Positions 26,682 to 41,048 of a stretch of 64,000 nucleotides of DNA are shown piece by piece. Both the position numbers and the translations under genes were made by a program. Source of the DNA: Octopus sinensis. Its lineage: Eukaryota. Position 1 is the first letter of the stretch, and each line of letters begins with the position of its first letter. The stretch spans positions 52,452,001 through 52,516,000 of the forward strand of contig NC_043000.1 in the NCBI RefSeq assembly GCF_006345805.1. The letters are read 5' to 3'. The notes under the pieces were generated by a model. It was given only the letters and a program-made list of their open reading frames with translations. It was not told the origin of the DNA and did not search any database.

Positions 26682-26996
26682 AATGTCTGCGTGTTCGCAT
26701 GTTTGTGTACATGTGTGTTAGCATACATATATTTATATTATGAAGTTAATTCATCGTAAACATAAATGACGTTCACACATCTCTCTATATCCTTCATCCA
26801 TCTATATACACACATTTATATACACACACTTATTCGAGAGCACTAACACGTACACACATTGAAAGACACACACACACGCACATATATAAGTGAACAAACG
26901 AAAGGTAATTGCTTTGTACTCTTTTGGTTGCAGGTACGTGTTTCATAACAGTTTGACTCAGCTCCATGACTGAATTAAATTTCGTGAGACTATGCA

Positions 26997-27037
<41 letters not shown>

Positions 27038-27557
27038 GCGAGTGTGCGTGCGTAGATATATATGTAACATATGTATATATGTATTTCTGCATGTATATAT
27101 GTATGTATCCACGAGTAAGTTTCAGTGGTGAAATCAGTAAGCCTGTGTCATCACATTCTCTGTTCGTTGAAGCAAATATGGAAGGCGAATAATGAAACTT
27201 GAATACGTATAATAGTCTCCATTCTTCTCTTTTGAGAGGTTTCATTGCAGCACAATTTTAACGATACCATCATAGCAAGCATTTTCCCTGGAAACGTATT
27301 GAATAAAATTTGACTTCAATTCATATGGTAGAAGGAATTGCTTCGGATCATAAATTAGCAATCGTAGAAGACCATGCATAGGATAAATTTTAGAAAAATT
27401 AAATTAGACTTGTGGTATTACAAAATAAAATGCACCTTTAACATTGATATAAAAAGGTTATGTTAACGGTACTGTGTTTTCCCTTCTCTCCTCTTTCTGT
27501 TTTGTCATGAGGATCTCCACCAAATATAACATTTACTTCATTGACCCTAGGCTCCTT

Positions 27558-29532
27558 CAAGAGAGTAGAGAAAGAAAAAAAGGCAAAGGTGAAAGAATCA
27601 TTGATAATATTAGACCGCCAGTGACAAAGCTAAAGAAATTACAGTGAGAGATGTCATTTGTCATCTTATATGATAATCAGAGCTCCGAGTTCGTAGAAAT
27701 GGGGGGTAAGTTTGGAGTTTATGAAGACCTGTCACCTTGGCAACTGCAATGTACAGAGCCGTATTATTCACGCAACATTATATTAGTCAGCTTCTTCGTT
27801 ACTGATTAGATGGCACGTTTGGGGAGGAAATTGAGGTTCAGCCATATGAGATATGTTGCAGCTTTTTCGGAGGGAGAGAATGATTACGTGGAGGCCCTCA
27901 TTAAATCGCTTTTTGTGTAATCATGGGCGACGTGGATGAAACAGAATTAGATTGAAAGATATATCATATGTGACAGGCCCACAAATACCTGGAAATGGTG
28001 AAAGTGGATATGTAAAACACTTTTCACATTGGTATACTGTAGCATTAGAGTCATAATGAGGAATGGTAAAACATTTCGATATCTGACTGTGAAGATGTGT
28101 GAGAAAGGTAGGCGTATATAAAAAACGGATAAGAAGACAAATTAGTAGATAATGAATACAAATTAGGGGCTATAATAAACTATACAAGAGGGTAGAGAAA
28201 GAAAAAAAGGCAAAGGTGAAAGAATCATTGATAATATTAGACCGCCAGTGACAAAGCTAAAGAAATTACAGTGAGAGATGTCATTTGTCATCTTATATGA
28301 TAATCAGAGCTCCGAGTTCGTAGAAATGGGGGGTAAGTTTGGAGTTTATGAAGACCTGTCACCTTGGCAACTGCAATGTACAGAGCCGTATTATTCACGC
28401 AACATTATATTAGTCAGCTTCTTCGTTACTGATTAGATGGCACGTTTTGGGGAGGAATTGAGGTTCAGCCATATGAGATATGTTGCAGCTTTTTCGGAGG
28501 GAGAGAATGATTACGTGGAGGCCCTCATTAAATCGCTTTTTGTGTAATCATGGGCGACGTGGATGAAACAGAATTAGATTGAAAGATATATCATATGTGA
28601 CAGGCCCACAAATACCTGGAAATGGTGAAAGTGGATATGTAAAACACTTTTCACATTGGTATACTGTAGCATTAGAGTCATAATGAGGAATGGTAAAACA
28701 TTTCGATATCTGACTGTGAAGATGTGTGAGAAAGGTAGGCGTATATAAAAAACGGATAAGAAGACAAATTAGTAGATAATGAATACAAATTAGGGGCTAT
28801 AATAAACTATACAAGAGGGTAGAGAAAGAAAAAAAGGCAAAGGTGAAAGAATCATTGATAATATTAGACCGCCAGTGACAAAGCTAAAGAAATTACAGTG
28901 AGAGATGTCATTTGTCATCTTATATGATAATCAGAGCTCCGAGTTCGTAGAAATGGGGGGTAAGTTTGGAGTTTATGAAGACCTGTCACCTTGGCAACTG
29001 CAATGTACAGAGCCGTATTATTCACGCAACATTATATTAGTCAGCTTCTTCGTTACTGATTAGATGGCACGTTGGGGAGGAAATTGAGGTTCAGCCATAT
29101 GAGATATGTTGCAGCTTTTTCGGAGGGAGAGAATGATTACGTGGAGGCCCTCATTAAATCGCTTTTTGTGTAATCATGGGCGACGTGGATGAAACAGAAT
29201 TAGATTGAAAGATATATCATATGTGACAGGCCCACAAATACCTGGAAATGGTGAAAGTGGATATGTAAAACACTTTTCACATTGGTATACTGTAGCATTA
29301 GAGTCATAATGAGGAATGGTAAAACATTTCGATATCTGACTGTGAAGATGTGTGAGAAAGGTAGGCGTATATAAAAAACGGATAAGAAGACAAATTAGTA
29401 GATAATGAATACAAATTAGGGGCTATAATAAACTATACAAGAGGGTAGAGAAAGAAAAAAAGGCAAAGGTAAAAGAATCATTGATAATATTAGACCGCCA
29501 GTGACAAAGCTAAAGAAATTACAGTGAGAGAT
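27558..29532. repeat. Tandem array of a ~627-bp unit (3 full copies plus a partial fourth)
   Basis: CAAGAG(A/G)GTAGAGAAAGAAAAAAAGGC starts at 27558, 28185, 28812 and 29438. Units differ mainly at a T/A-run site (GGCACGTT(T)nGGGGAGGA(A)ATT). Confidence 0.95.
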
Positions 29533-29563
29533 ATAAAGGAATTGATGAGTATAGGAGAGAGAG

Positions 29564-29637
<74 letters not shown>

Positions 29638-30574
29638 AAGACAAACAGAAAGCGAGAGAGGCAATGAGAGAGAGAGGAAAAGAGAAAATATGTGAATAAA
29701 AGACTTTGCGATAGTAGGTTGGTATGGAGGTGATACGAAAATATAGAGGAAATATAAGTAGATAATAATAGAGAATGGGGAATAAGGAAGAGAGAAAGAT
29801 GCAAGACCAGAGGAGGTAGGAGGACTTGATAACGAGAAAGAGTAGAGAGAGAGAGAGAGAGAGAGAAGAGAGAGAAGAGAGAGAAAAAGAAAGAGAGAGA
29901 GAGAGAGAGAGAAAAAGAAAGAGAGAGAGAGAGAAAAAGAAAGAGAGAGAGAGATCAACAGCTAGATGGGTAGTGATAAACAAAAAAACGATACTATTAA
30001 ACAAAACGATACGAGAAATGTAAAATAGTAAGTCGAAGAGGTAAAAAAAAAGAGAGAGTGAGAGGTTTTTGTTGTATTGAAGCAGGAAAAGTATCGATGA
30101 ATGAAGAAATTGGTAGACTAACAAAAAAAAAACTGACATAGTTACAACGTTAATATTATTAACGCTGTAAGACTGAATATGAAGTCAAGAGCTAAGGGTC
30201 GAGAGGTAATTGAAATTGAAATTATGAGAGTTAGTGAGATAGGGTGAAAGGGATACTGAGAATAAATGAGAGGATTTATGATGAGGTAGTAGAAGGAGAA
30301 AGATTCTCAGTAGAATCAAGTTAAATGAAACGAATTTCATCAGGGCAATAACAGAGTTTTTAAACTACCGGGATCGCAAAGCTTTCAATAAGAAGGAAAA
30401 TGCCTAGGGCAGAAAGTCAGAAATTCAGCGATGTACCAGCTGCGGAATAGTGGCGATAGCTAAATGAAAAGAAGTGAGAAGGAATTAAAGACGAATGAAA
30501 AGTAGAAGGATTGGCTTTGAAGAATTCACGATGAGAAGACAGACCGATGAAGGAAAGTTTTCCAGTTATATACT

Positions 30575-30805
30575 TATTTCTTTACTACCCACAAGGGGCT
30601 AAACACAGAGAGGACAAACAAGGACAGACAAACGAATTAAGTCGATTATATCGACCCCAGTGCGTAACTGGTACTTAATTTATCGACCCCGAAAGGATGA
30701 AAGGCAAAGTCGACCTCGGCGGAATTTGAACCCAGAACGTAGCGGCAGACGAAATACCGCTAAGCATTTCGCCCGGCTTGCTAACGATTCTGCCAGCTCG
30801 CCGCC
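30575..30805 (-). mobile_element. tRNA-derived SINE family B, full length, with 9-bp TSD
   Basis: Minus-strand head GGCGGCGAGCTGGCAGAATCG...GGTTCAAATTCC. TTATATACT occurs at 30566-30574 and 30806-30814. Confidence 0.92.
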
Positions 30806-31101
30806 TTATATACTATACAGGCATCCCTCTGAAACTACGTGGTTTCGAAGTCATTTTCACTACACGTAATCGTAATGTAGTAGCTTCTAATATCTCCGCG
30901 AGTCGATCACTGCCTTGTTGGTGGATTTGTTGACGGAAATTGTGTGGAAGCCTGTTGTACACCATTTGACAACTGCTTTTGGTATATTTATACTCCCGTA
31001 GAAAACCAAGAGACCGATAAAATTTGGACCGGACTTAGAAATATGAATCGTTAAAACAATAAGTGAATCAATTAAAAATGTGTATGTTTGTCAGTGTGTG
31101 T

Positions 31102-31184
<83 letters not shown>

Positions 31185-31517
31185 TGCGTGTGTGCTTCTG
31201 TGTGTGTTTTGTTTGTATGTGTGTGTGTATGTATTTTTTCGGAAGATTACATTATATTCGGTACTGAAAATAAACTATCAATATTTAAATATAATAGTTT
31301 AAACTTCTAACTTAGTAAATATTGTCAAAAGACCAATATGAATATTTAACATAATGAAAATCATAAATGTAGAAAGTTTGTGATTGAATGCTACTGTGGA
31401 AAACAAAATAGATGATCAAGTAATATAAGATTACATACCATAAGCCTAAATGTACAAAAGTCTAATAAGAAGTTAAACGAAAATATGTAAATTTGTGACT
31501 AATTTATGTGAATATAA

Positions 31518-32421
31518 TTCGTGATCTGCTGAATAAATAATTCGACTGCTGCCATAGTAACGAAGCTAAAGCACACAGAGTGAAGCCACTATGCAAAAAT
31601 TGACCTTGACCGCTGTTGTGCATGCATACTAACTTTTAACGTTCTAGCTCACTTCCGCTCTTTACAGCAGTGGGTGGAAGGAAGGCGTGTAGCGTGTGTG
31701 TGAACGTCGCATTGACCATAACAGAGGATGCTGAACAGAGAATCTGTATCGAATATTGCCAAAACTTTGGCAATACCTGCGCAGAGGCAAATGTAAAGTC
31801 TTCAAAAAGTGTTCGTCCTTTTTGACACAATCAAGGATACCTTGTGAAGCTGTAACCCGAAAGTCTTTTTGGTCAGCTGAAAGCTGTTTTGGCACAAACT
31901 TGGCAGATACGCGTCTCATACCCAAATCTGAAGTGATAATGGACTGAACTGAACCGTAACTAATCTGCACTTCCTCTGGATAACACACAGATGGTTATTC
32001 GAGGATTTCCTCTCTTAGCTGCATACACAACTGCGATATTTTTCTCAGTTCTGCTGGTTGCGGGTCTCCCAGAACTTTTGTCAATATTGACATATTTTCG
32101 GGCATTTAAGAAACATCCGGACCACCCGTACACATGTGTGTGGATCATACACTCATCTCCATACAGTTTTTACAACTTTGTGTAGGCCTCTGAGCAGGTA
32201 TCGCAATGACAACTTTCTCTGTCATGGCCAATGCAATGATTACACGCTACGCACCTTCCTTCCAAGCATTGCTGTAATCAGTGGAAGTGAGATCGAATGT
32301 TAAATCTCAGTCCGCATGCACAGCAGAGTGTTTAGTTAACCTTTGGCAAGCGGCTTTACTCTGCGCGCTTTAGCTTCGTTACTATGGCAACTGTCTGGAT
32401 AATTATTGATTAGACCTCGTA
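31518..32421 (-). mobile_element. Non-autonomous mariner derivative made of two inverted 5' ends
   Basis: Minus-strand N-terminal transposase fragments SGRPATSRTEKNI and EEVQISYGSVQSIITSDLGMRRVSAKFVPKQLS (HTH plus WVPHEL-type motif). The left end, 31518-~31790, is a diverged inverted copy of the right end (TGCCATAGTAACGAAGCTAAAGC in both). Right terminus GACCTCGTA. Confidence 0.75.
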
Positions 32422-32449
32422 TGTTTTTACATTTTCCTCTTAACTTTTA

Positions 32450-32670
32450 CTTGATTCAGTCATCAGACTGAGAGCACGCTGGGCACCGCATTCAAGAATT
32501 ACATATTTTTGTGTCTGGTACTTCATTTTATACGTTTCTTTCAGCCGATCATCTTAATTACGGGGACGTAAACGAAGCAACACTGGTCGTTAATCGGTGG
32601 CGGGACACAAACACGGCAGAAAGTCTTACACACATATACACACACACGATGGGTTTCTTACCACGCAGCA
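32450..32670 (-). mobile_element. Decayed 3' part of a family A SINE
   Basis: TTCAGTCATCAGACTG...CACCGC...TTACGGGGACGTAAAC resembles the family A tail. Confidence 0.55.
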
Positions 32671-32704
32671 AGTTTGTTAACGTACATCCACACCGACGCC
32701 CACA

Positions 32705-32836
<132 letters not shown>

Positions 32837-32852
32837 GTATATATATATATAT

Positions 32853-32913
<61 letters not shown>

Positions 32914-33049
32914 GTATACATATGTATGATATATATTCACTCACATGTATCTATCTATATATGTAATAAAAAATTCAGGGTGATTACTTGATAACTGTAA
33001 GCAGCTGTATATGCCAGCTAGTGGTATAGGTGATAGGATATATGTATAC

Positions 33050-33083
<34 letters not shown>

Positions 33084-33113
33084 TTACGCGCGTGTGTGTG
33101 TGTATATGTATAC

Positions 33114-33154
<41 letters not shown>

Positions 33155-34698
33155 CTATTCAGTGAACCATTTGAAATACAGTAGATTAAGGGTCTCACTG
33201 AATGACATACAGAAATATAATCATTCCTTTCTTTTATCCTTTATATTTTACATTTTGAGATAATAGGGGAATACTTAATCCCTAGACAGACGAACAATAC
33301 GCCTGGCAGTATTTAGGAGACTTCTTTAACTCAGGAGTTCTAAATTGCATTTTATCCTTCTGGGGCCGAAGAAATAAATCGACGTTCAGATATTGATTTG
33401 ATCACCTGTAATCTCTAATCAAAAGTATAACCATGTTGCTGCGTTAAAAAAATCATTATGTATTGAAAGATGATATCACTAATGTCATATAGTATAATCA
33501 AATCCACTGGAAGTGTGTTGTTTTTGTGTCATAATCATTCATCATATATCGTAGCAATCAGTAAAAGGATTACGGCAAAACACAGAGATATGATCTTACT
33601 GAATGCGCTTCAATTTCCAACTACTGAGAAGTAGATATATCTTTACTAATTAGGAACAACATTATTTGATTTGTCACTGAATCAGATATGATTACCTAAG
33701 GTTGTTTTAGAAATTAGCATGCATCTGTAATTGTTTTATTTCTTTTGAAAATTATTTTACTCGTACATATGTAAACCAGGAAAAAAGAAGTCAGCGACTG
33801 AGATAGTAGAGAACTGTAAAGCAACATACTGCACAGTCAAAATATATCTGATAATATCATGTTGTTCTGATTGATTCTGGATGAGTTCAAATACGAACCA
33901 TTTCACCTTCTTTAGTTATTCCGGGAATGATAAAATGAAGAAGAAGAGATCGACTGAAATCGCTGTAATGGATTATTCATATAATTTACATTCCAGACCT
34001 ATGTAAAAAATCGATATTATTTTTACTTTGTAAATATATCATATATTAAATTATATACGTTTTAACATCTCACTGTAGAGAAAATATGCGTTTCAATGTA
34101 AGAAAAACGAGAAAGAATAATGCTGTAAAATTTATATCAACGCAGCACTGATCTCAATTACGACACATCTGTAATAGTATATAATAAATATGTGAATATA
34201 TTTCACTTCATTATTGCTATAATAAAACTGAAAACAGAACAGCAGGATTGTTTTAAATATACCCATTCTCAACGCATTTATACAAACTATCATCTACGTA
34301 ATGGAGTCCATTACACTTGTGATGTTTCCAGCTTTCTTTACTGCGCAAAGTATTATAATGTTAGTGATTTACCACTAGGGGTATTCTAAGAATTACATCG
34401 CTGGGTAAGAGAATAAAGTTACAAAATATATGTGTGGTTGCAGTCTTTTTAAACATTAATTCAAAAGCCGTTATAATAAGTTCTAAGCCCTATAATTGTA
34501 TTCTATACCTGCTTTCTGCCATTTGTATGCTGCTGTCGAGGCATCGCCGATTTCGACCCCAGTGCTTTGCTACTTAATTTTTCTATTCTTTAATTGACTG
34601 ACAAAAGCCACGTAAACTGGTCTCCAAGGAAATAAATATCAGGTTTCCTCTTACATACAATAAAGAATGTTTTCATCACTAGCACTAAAACACTCGCT

Positions 34699-34743
<45 letters not shown>

Positions 34744-35175
34744 TTTTCATTTTGCCCTTGTGGTGGTTATTCTGCCGCGCTATTGCAGCCACCATAAAAT
34801 ACACAAAGCATATACATTATGTACATGTAGATAATAAAAGTTATTATACTAGAGCTGCTTTAATTTCATATGTAAATTTTGTCTTAGGTCTGCAATTTCC
34901 GGGCATACCAGCTCATGATTTTACAAGCCATGAGCATATAAGTGGTGGACTGGCTAGGAGATTCGACTTCAACTCCAGGCAAGTACGTGACGTTGATGAG
35001 CCACTACAATAGTGAAACACCCGATGTCTATCACTCCCAAATTGAATTCAGGATGAGCTATCTCGCCTGTCCATGATTCTGTCGTGTTTTACAACCAGAT
35101 CTTTAAGAGTATATACACACACCCCCACGCAATTGCAGCCACGGGAAAATGCACAACCCATTATGGATATGTAGA

Positions 35176-35243
<68 letters not shown>

Positions 35244-35263
35244 TACTACTACTACTACTACTA

Positions 35264-35301
<38 letters not shown>

Positions 35302-35313
35302 ATAATAATAATA

Positions 35314-35348
<35 letters not shown>
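35176..35348. repeat. Compound trinucleotide microsatellite (TAC)n-(AAT)n
   Basis: Directly visible; it explains the poly-T/Y/L/I ORFs in the track. Confidence 0.95.
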
Positions 35349-35350
<2 letters not shown>

Positions 35351-36382
35351 CACCCAAAAAGCCGGACATAGTCTTCATTGAGTAAGATAATAAACTATGT
35401 ATGATCATAGATATAGCATACCCCTCTGAGAACAAGGTATGTGATAAGGAAGAAAGAAAAATCGATAGGCTGGATATGCATAAATCATACCATTTGCTTA
35501 TTCATCTCTTTGGGACGTTGAGTAAAAGACTAAACTTAAAACAATGGGCAAGCTTTTAAGACCGTTATACGCATTGATATAAATAAATAAGTTGGTTAGT
35601 TTTTCTATGGAGGTTATACGGTGGAAAAGTAAAATAAAAAGTAAAAATAAAATTTACAATAACGGGGTACGCCGATAGGTTTAGTTAAAGAGGGAGTGAA
35701 GGTGCCATAACGTTTTGAAGTAATTATAATAGTTATTAATAATTATGTTTATAGCATTAATTATTAGTTTTCCTCAAAATAAAGTGTCAAACAATTACTT
35801 TTAATTATTTGTTTACTAATATGTGGTAAAGTCCAATCACCTATTGCCCCCCGTAATGGGATTGATCAAGGTCCAGCGTTCGATATAATTGGTCAGTTAA
35901 ATTTAAAAACAAAGGGCAAGCCTTAGGAGCGTTATACGCATTGATATAAATAAATAAAAATAGAAGTATGGAAATGTGGTATGTGTTGTAAGGAGCCCGA
36001 AAATGCTTAAGACTTTGCATATAAAAAACAAACAAACATGAAGGAATGAACAATGCCAGTATCATCATTAAAACATAGAGAAGTACCTATTTGGACAATT
36101 AGGAATTTAGGCGGTTGAGGTGGGGGTAGATGGTCCGAATGCTTTATAAAATAGGAGTGTGAAATTAGTAGACAACTAAGTGAATTATTCCGTAGGAATA
36201 AACAGGGTAGGCATAGGTAATTTATCCCTTAGACGGTTATTCGAACCTCTGACTCTACTACACTTTGATATACTTCACCTATATCGTATTTATCTATTTA
36301 TTTACAACTCTGTATATTACTTTTTAATAATTACAAATACAGATCGTACAAATAAGTATTTAAAACGAATACTACCGGTAAA

Positions 36383-36930
36383 ATGGTGGTTATTAAGATC
36401 AACTCATCCCTAAAGGACATTCCTATTTCTCCTAAGAACCTCTATCTTAAAGAACTTATATATAAAATCAGTGAATTCACCCACAGACTACGTCCAGAAG
36501 CCCATTACTACGACAGGAAACATGAGCTAACATTTCCTGGCACCAATATCAACACCAGGGACAAGGCGCCGAGCTGGTATATACGTTAGCACGTCAGGTG
36601 AAACGTTTAGCAGTATTTCGTCTGTCTTTATTTTCTGAGTTCAAATTCCGCCGATGTCGACTTTGCCTTTCATCCTTTCGCGGTCGATAAATTAAGTACT
36701 ATTTGCGTACTGGGTCGAACCAATCGACTGGACCTCTCCCCAAAGCTTTCGGGCCTTGAGTCTAGTGTAGAAAATAATATCAACACCAGGGATGATAAGG
36801 ATCTTACCACAAGAAGAACGCCACCATCAAACAGCCACCTTGGTGAATTCGAACAAGAACTTTGGTCTTCTCTTAAGCAGATTAAGTTTCAGAATCACCA
36901 CCTTAAGCACAAGAACCCACCTTAAGCTAA
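36383..36930 (+). pseudogene. N-terminal fragment of a Penelope-like element ORF, split by a SINE
   Basis: SLKDIPISPKNLYLKELIYKISEFTHRLRPEAHYY, then after the SINE RRTPPSNSHLGEFEQELWSSLKQIKF. This resembles the PLE N-terminal pattern SLKNIPIP...YLKKLIEK.ESFIKRMRWKA...KTPP...FE.DL...IKF (recalled from family knowledge, not aligned). Confidence 0.5.
36564..36775 (+). mobile_element. tRNA-derived SINE family B with 17-bp TSD
   Basis: Head AGGCGCCGAGCTGG...GAGTTCAAATTCC. AATATCAACACCAGGGA occurs at 36545-36561 and 36776-36792. Confidence 0.9.
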
Positions 36931-37042
36931 ATAACTTGACTCTTGAACAAAAATCTAAAATGGAATAACAGTACACTCGAACAAAACAAGAAACACTTAC
37001 AACATAAACGTTAATATTTACCATGAACATAATATTTACCAT

Positions 37043-37491
37043 GATGAGCATGGAGAAAGGTTTCACCTAGATATTACTAAGATGGAAAGCAACTATCAAG
37101 GCAAGTAGAACCCCAGCATGACGGGGGACTTTTGCTGGATGCTTTTGAGTGACATCTCGGAAGCAAAGTACACAAAATCGTCAAAAGAAACCCGCTTCTA
37201 ATTGTCTGCTGTATTATGATTTGTGTGTATTGTGTTATCCAAGTAATTTAGTGTTCTCAACGTTTTGTATCTAAGCTGTGTATTTTTCTTCTATACGTCT
37301 TTGTAATAGATGAAATAAATACATTATATTTTGAATTTACATACAGTGTAATTGAAATTGAATATGTGAAAGCAAAAATGCTAGATTAAAACTGTTCAGA
37401 AAATTGAATTTATCACATTAAAATTAGTAAAAAAACACCTATTCACATCCTTGCCTTAGAGCTAAAATAAAAAAGGTTTTGTAAACCTGTG
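37043..37491 (+). mobile_element. 3' fragment of a CMC/Chapaev3-like DNA transposon
   Basis: 37043-37201 reads DEHGERFHLDITKMESNYQGK*NPSMTGDFCWML...*, matching the DEHGERFHQDI..ME.RYQG.W...M.DYCW motif. The end ...CTGTG (37491) is followed by TAA. The motif match is clear; the superfamily label is from memory. Confidence 0.6.
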
Positions 37492-37712
37492 TAATTATTC
37501 GCTTGGATGCAAGAACCACAGATGAGATCCGGAGATCCTCTGTATAGAAGATACTTAGTAGTGCTCAAAAGATTCAAACTTACTCTCCGGTGTCTTTACA
37601 GGGGGCGATTCCAGTTGGTAAAGAAAGACTGTAAGAGGGATCATGTTTAGATATATGAAATATAACACCTAAACTATCATATTTAATATATCTAATATAT
37701 ATATATATATAT

Positions 37713-37774
<62 letters not shown>

Positions 37775-37891
37775 GCATATATCTGTATCTATATACATCT
37801 ATATCTATATCTATATCTATATCTATATCTATATCTATCTATCTATCTATATATATATATATATATATATATATAGATATAGATATATATA

Positions 37892-37934
<43 letters not shown>

Positions 37935-38266
37935 TATATGTATATATATACACATGCGTGTAGTTGAGAGCTAATGAAATATATTGTAAAGTATTAATCT
38001 GGAGGCGTTTTGTTTTCTAAAACATGTAATATAGCATATTTCCTCACTATCTTGAAAGAGATATCAATTACATTTATTAAACTGACATTTTGCAGCATTG
38101 TTTGTTAAATATAAAATTAGAAAATGTCATATGAAATAATATTGAATATTGTGTGCAACATTCTTTTGCCTGGTTTCCGAACTTTTGAATGAATTCTAAG
38201 TGCACAATAGATGTCACTGTCAAAAACATGCTATAAAAGGCAAAGTCCAGAAGATTCTTAGCAACG

Positions 38267-38327
<61 letters not shown>

Positions 38328-39496
38328 GTGCACGTCTTCATTCTTTTAGAGTTCGGAGACAGTTTGTTTTCAAGGAAAAGTGAACTGAAAATATTTAGAG
38401 TAATTCTTGCTTGATCCATGTCAAAGTCAGAAAGGAAGAACTATTCGATAGAAAAGGAATAAAAGTTGTATCATGACAGTGTTATCATATTTAAGTATTG
38501 AGTCATTTCCTATGCTGTGTGATGATTTACTTTCACCATTTATATAAAACACGCAAACCTGCATGCATGCCCATATACAAACGAAAATACGCGCACATGT
38601 GTAATCATACATGGGTGTATGCGTGTATATGTGTATGGCAAATATTCCAGGTTTCACTTTATGCTGTATAAAATGTGTCCATTCTTACTGTTTTTCTAAA
38701 TCATAAACATGAAATTATACCATCAGTAAAGTTTTCATTATTAATGCTTTGTACGAGAAATATAATGCAAATGTACTTGTAGACACGATTGTTTTAGATT
38801 TAATTTGATCTTCCACGTTTTAAGATTATGTGGTTTGGATGCACAAGTTATAATTGAAGTAAAGCAGTATACAATAAATAGGAGATTTTAAAGTTTATAG
38901 TTCCCAGTTTCACCTAAATGCAAACAGCGTGTTAATGCCTCTCTGCTATGAGAAGCATTTGTTTTTGTTATTTTAGAATCCATAAGCTCACCAAACTTTT
39001 CAGTATTTGATGGAAGTGAGATTAACTGTGGTAGGAATATAATTCCTTTCATCCGGGTGACCATCCAATGGCTAACCACTCAAAGTTTTTGCGATCATGA
39101 ACCAGTATATATGAATGTTTTATGCGCATACATACGTATATATACACATGCACAAAATGAATACACAAATACACGTATATACGTATGCATATGCATACCT
39201 ATATATTCACTTATATCTATATGGGTATATATATTTTTGCTGTAAATGGAAGCACATGCATAATACATGACAGGGGTCATATATTCAGAGAGAAAGGAGA
39301 AAGTGACATGTAGATTAAAAGAGATATTTTAAACATATGACTGTATGTAATATATTAGATCACTACTATTTTAATAAGGAAGATTTACATGAAACGTTGA
39401 TACTTTGGCCAACATACACCACTCACTCTAAAAGCAATATAATCAGATGTCTACTTTTAATTGATTTTCCCGTATATTTCTCAAAACAATTTCTTA

Positions 39497-39534
<38 letters not shown>

Positions 39535-40029
39535 CTTTTACTGTGCGAACGATTCTTTAAAATATTCTTCATATTTTTATTTGATAAAATTTATTTGGTG
39601 TAATATCCGAAATAGCTAAACTGGGCCCACTACACAATTAAGACCTAAGAGAGATACATTTTCTAAAATTCGAATGAATAAGATGGAGAGCTGAAATGAA
39701 GAATTTTACAAAAGACCGGAGAAAATGAAAGAATGCAGTGCGGATAAATTGTATAGTGGGTGCAGGAAATTGAAATATCAGCAAAGCGGTAATATGCATA
39801 GTGGAAAATATGTATGATATAAAAGAGAAGAGATTGATCGTCTGTGTTTGCCGCGTCCCACTCTCTTAACAATATGCTCTGATATTTACCGATCGATAAT
39901 AGCAGCCACTATGTAGTAGATGTCATACATCAAGTCAACCTCTGATATATTGATTTGCTTCAACTAAAGATATATACACAATTGTAGAGAGCAGTTTCTG
40001 TATTCATATAAGTTGTGTTCGTATATATG

Positions 40030-40067
<38 letters not shown>

Positions 40068-40659
40068 CAAACATACATGAATGCTCATACATGAATACAC
40101 ATACGAGTACTCACACAGTATACATACATGTAGATGCATAAACTCACTAACAGACATACATAGGCTTACAAAGCATGCAAAACATATTCACAAATATAAA
40201 AATACACACACATAAAATGTTGCTTGCCTATAAATTCTTCTACATATATTTAGTGGTGCTTTTACGTATCTGTGTAACGTATGAATCAGGGCTTAAGTTT
40301 TGAATGCGGCATAGAATACGAATTTTGAATGGACATATACAAGTATATATATATACACTGAATTTCGTGTCTATGTATTTAAGTCTAGGTATGTTCGTAC
40401 ATATATATATATATACACAAACGTATACATATATATGCACACACACATATACAGCTAAATAAAATTCACAACTCATTCTCACATTACATATGCATGTACA
40501 AATGCATGCATTTGTACATGTATGTATGTGTAGCTGTATATAGATGCATATATGCAAATATGTATGTATGCATACGAATATATATATTTATGTATGTATA
40601 TATTCGTGTATATATATATGTATATATATATATATATATAGATAAATACATATATATGC

Positions 40660-40728
<69 letters not shown>

Positions 40729-41012
40729 GTAAGTATGTATGTATATATATATACACACATGTATACATGCATATATATGTGTATATCACCGTTACTCGCT
40801 TGCTAGTATGATACGATTTCGCTAATTCATTTATGTGCGCTTCCATATGTAGTAAAGAAGACACATTGACACCCACTTAGCACTCTCGACCTTCAACTAA
40901 GGCAGGATCGGGAATGTGACAGCTGGAGGGATTGAAACTCCAGCATAGCAAACGATTGAGCAAGCGCATAACACGTGTGTGTGTGTGTGTGTACACGCAC
41001 ATGTGTAAGTAG

Positions 41013-41048
<36 letters not shown>

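Noticed and set aside
27558-29532. CRISPR-like or rDNA/5S array
   Set aside because: The units are whole-length identical with no repeat-spacer pattern and no recognisable rRNA sequence; the context is eukaryotic.
30541-30835. CCGATGAAGG...GAAAC as a hammerhead split by the SINE
   Set aside because: Removing the SINE does not restore stems I-III.
35530-35955. ~60-bp direct repeat (GGGCAAGC...CGTTATACGCATTGATATAAATAAATAA) at ~35530 and ~35895
   Set aside because: The repeat is real, but I found no termini, TSD or motif that would support any assignment.
38888-39079. 63-aa minus-strand ORF containing a GTGAGC donor-like site
   Set aside because: Weak acceptor and no recognisable domain; could be chance.
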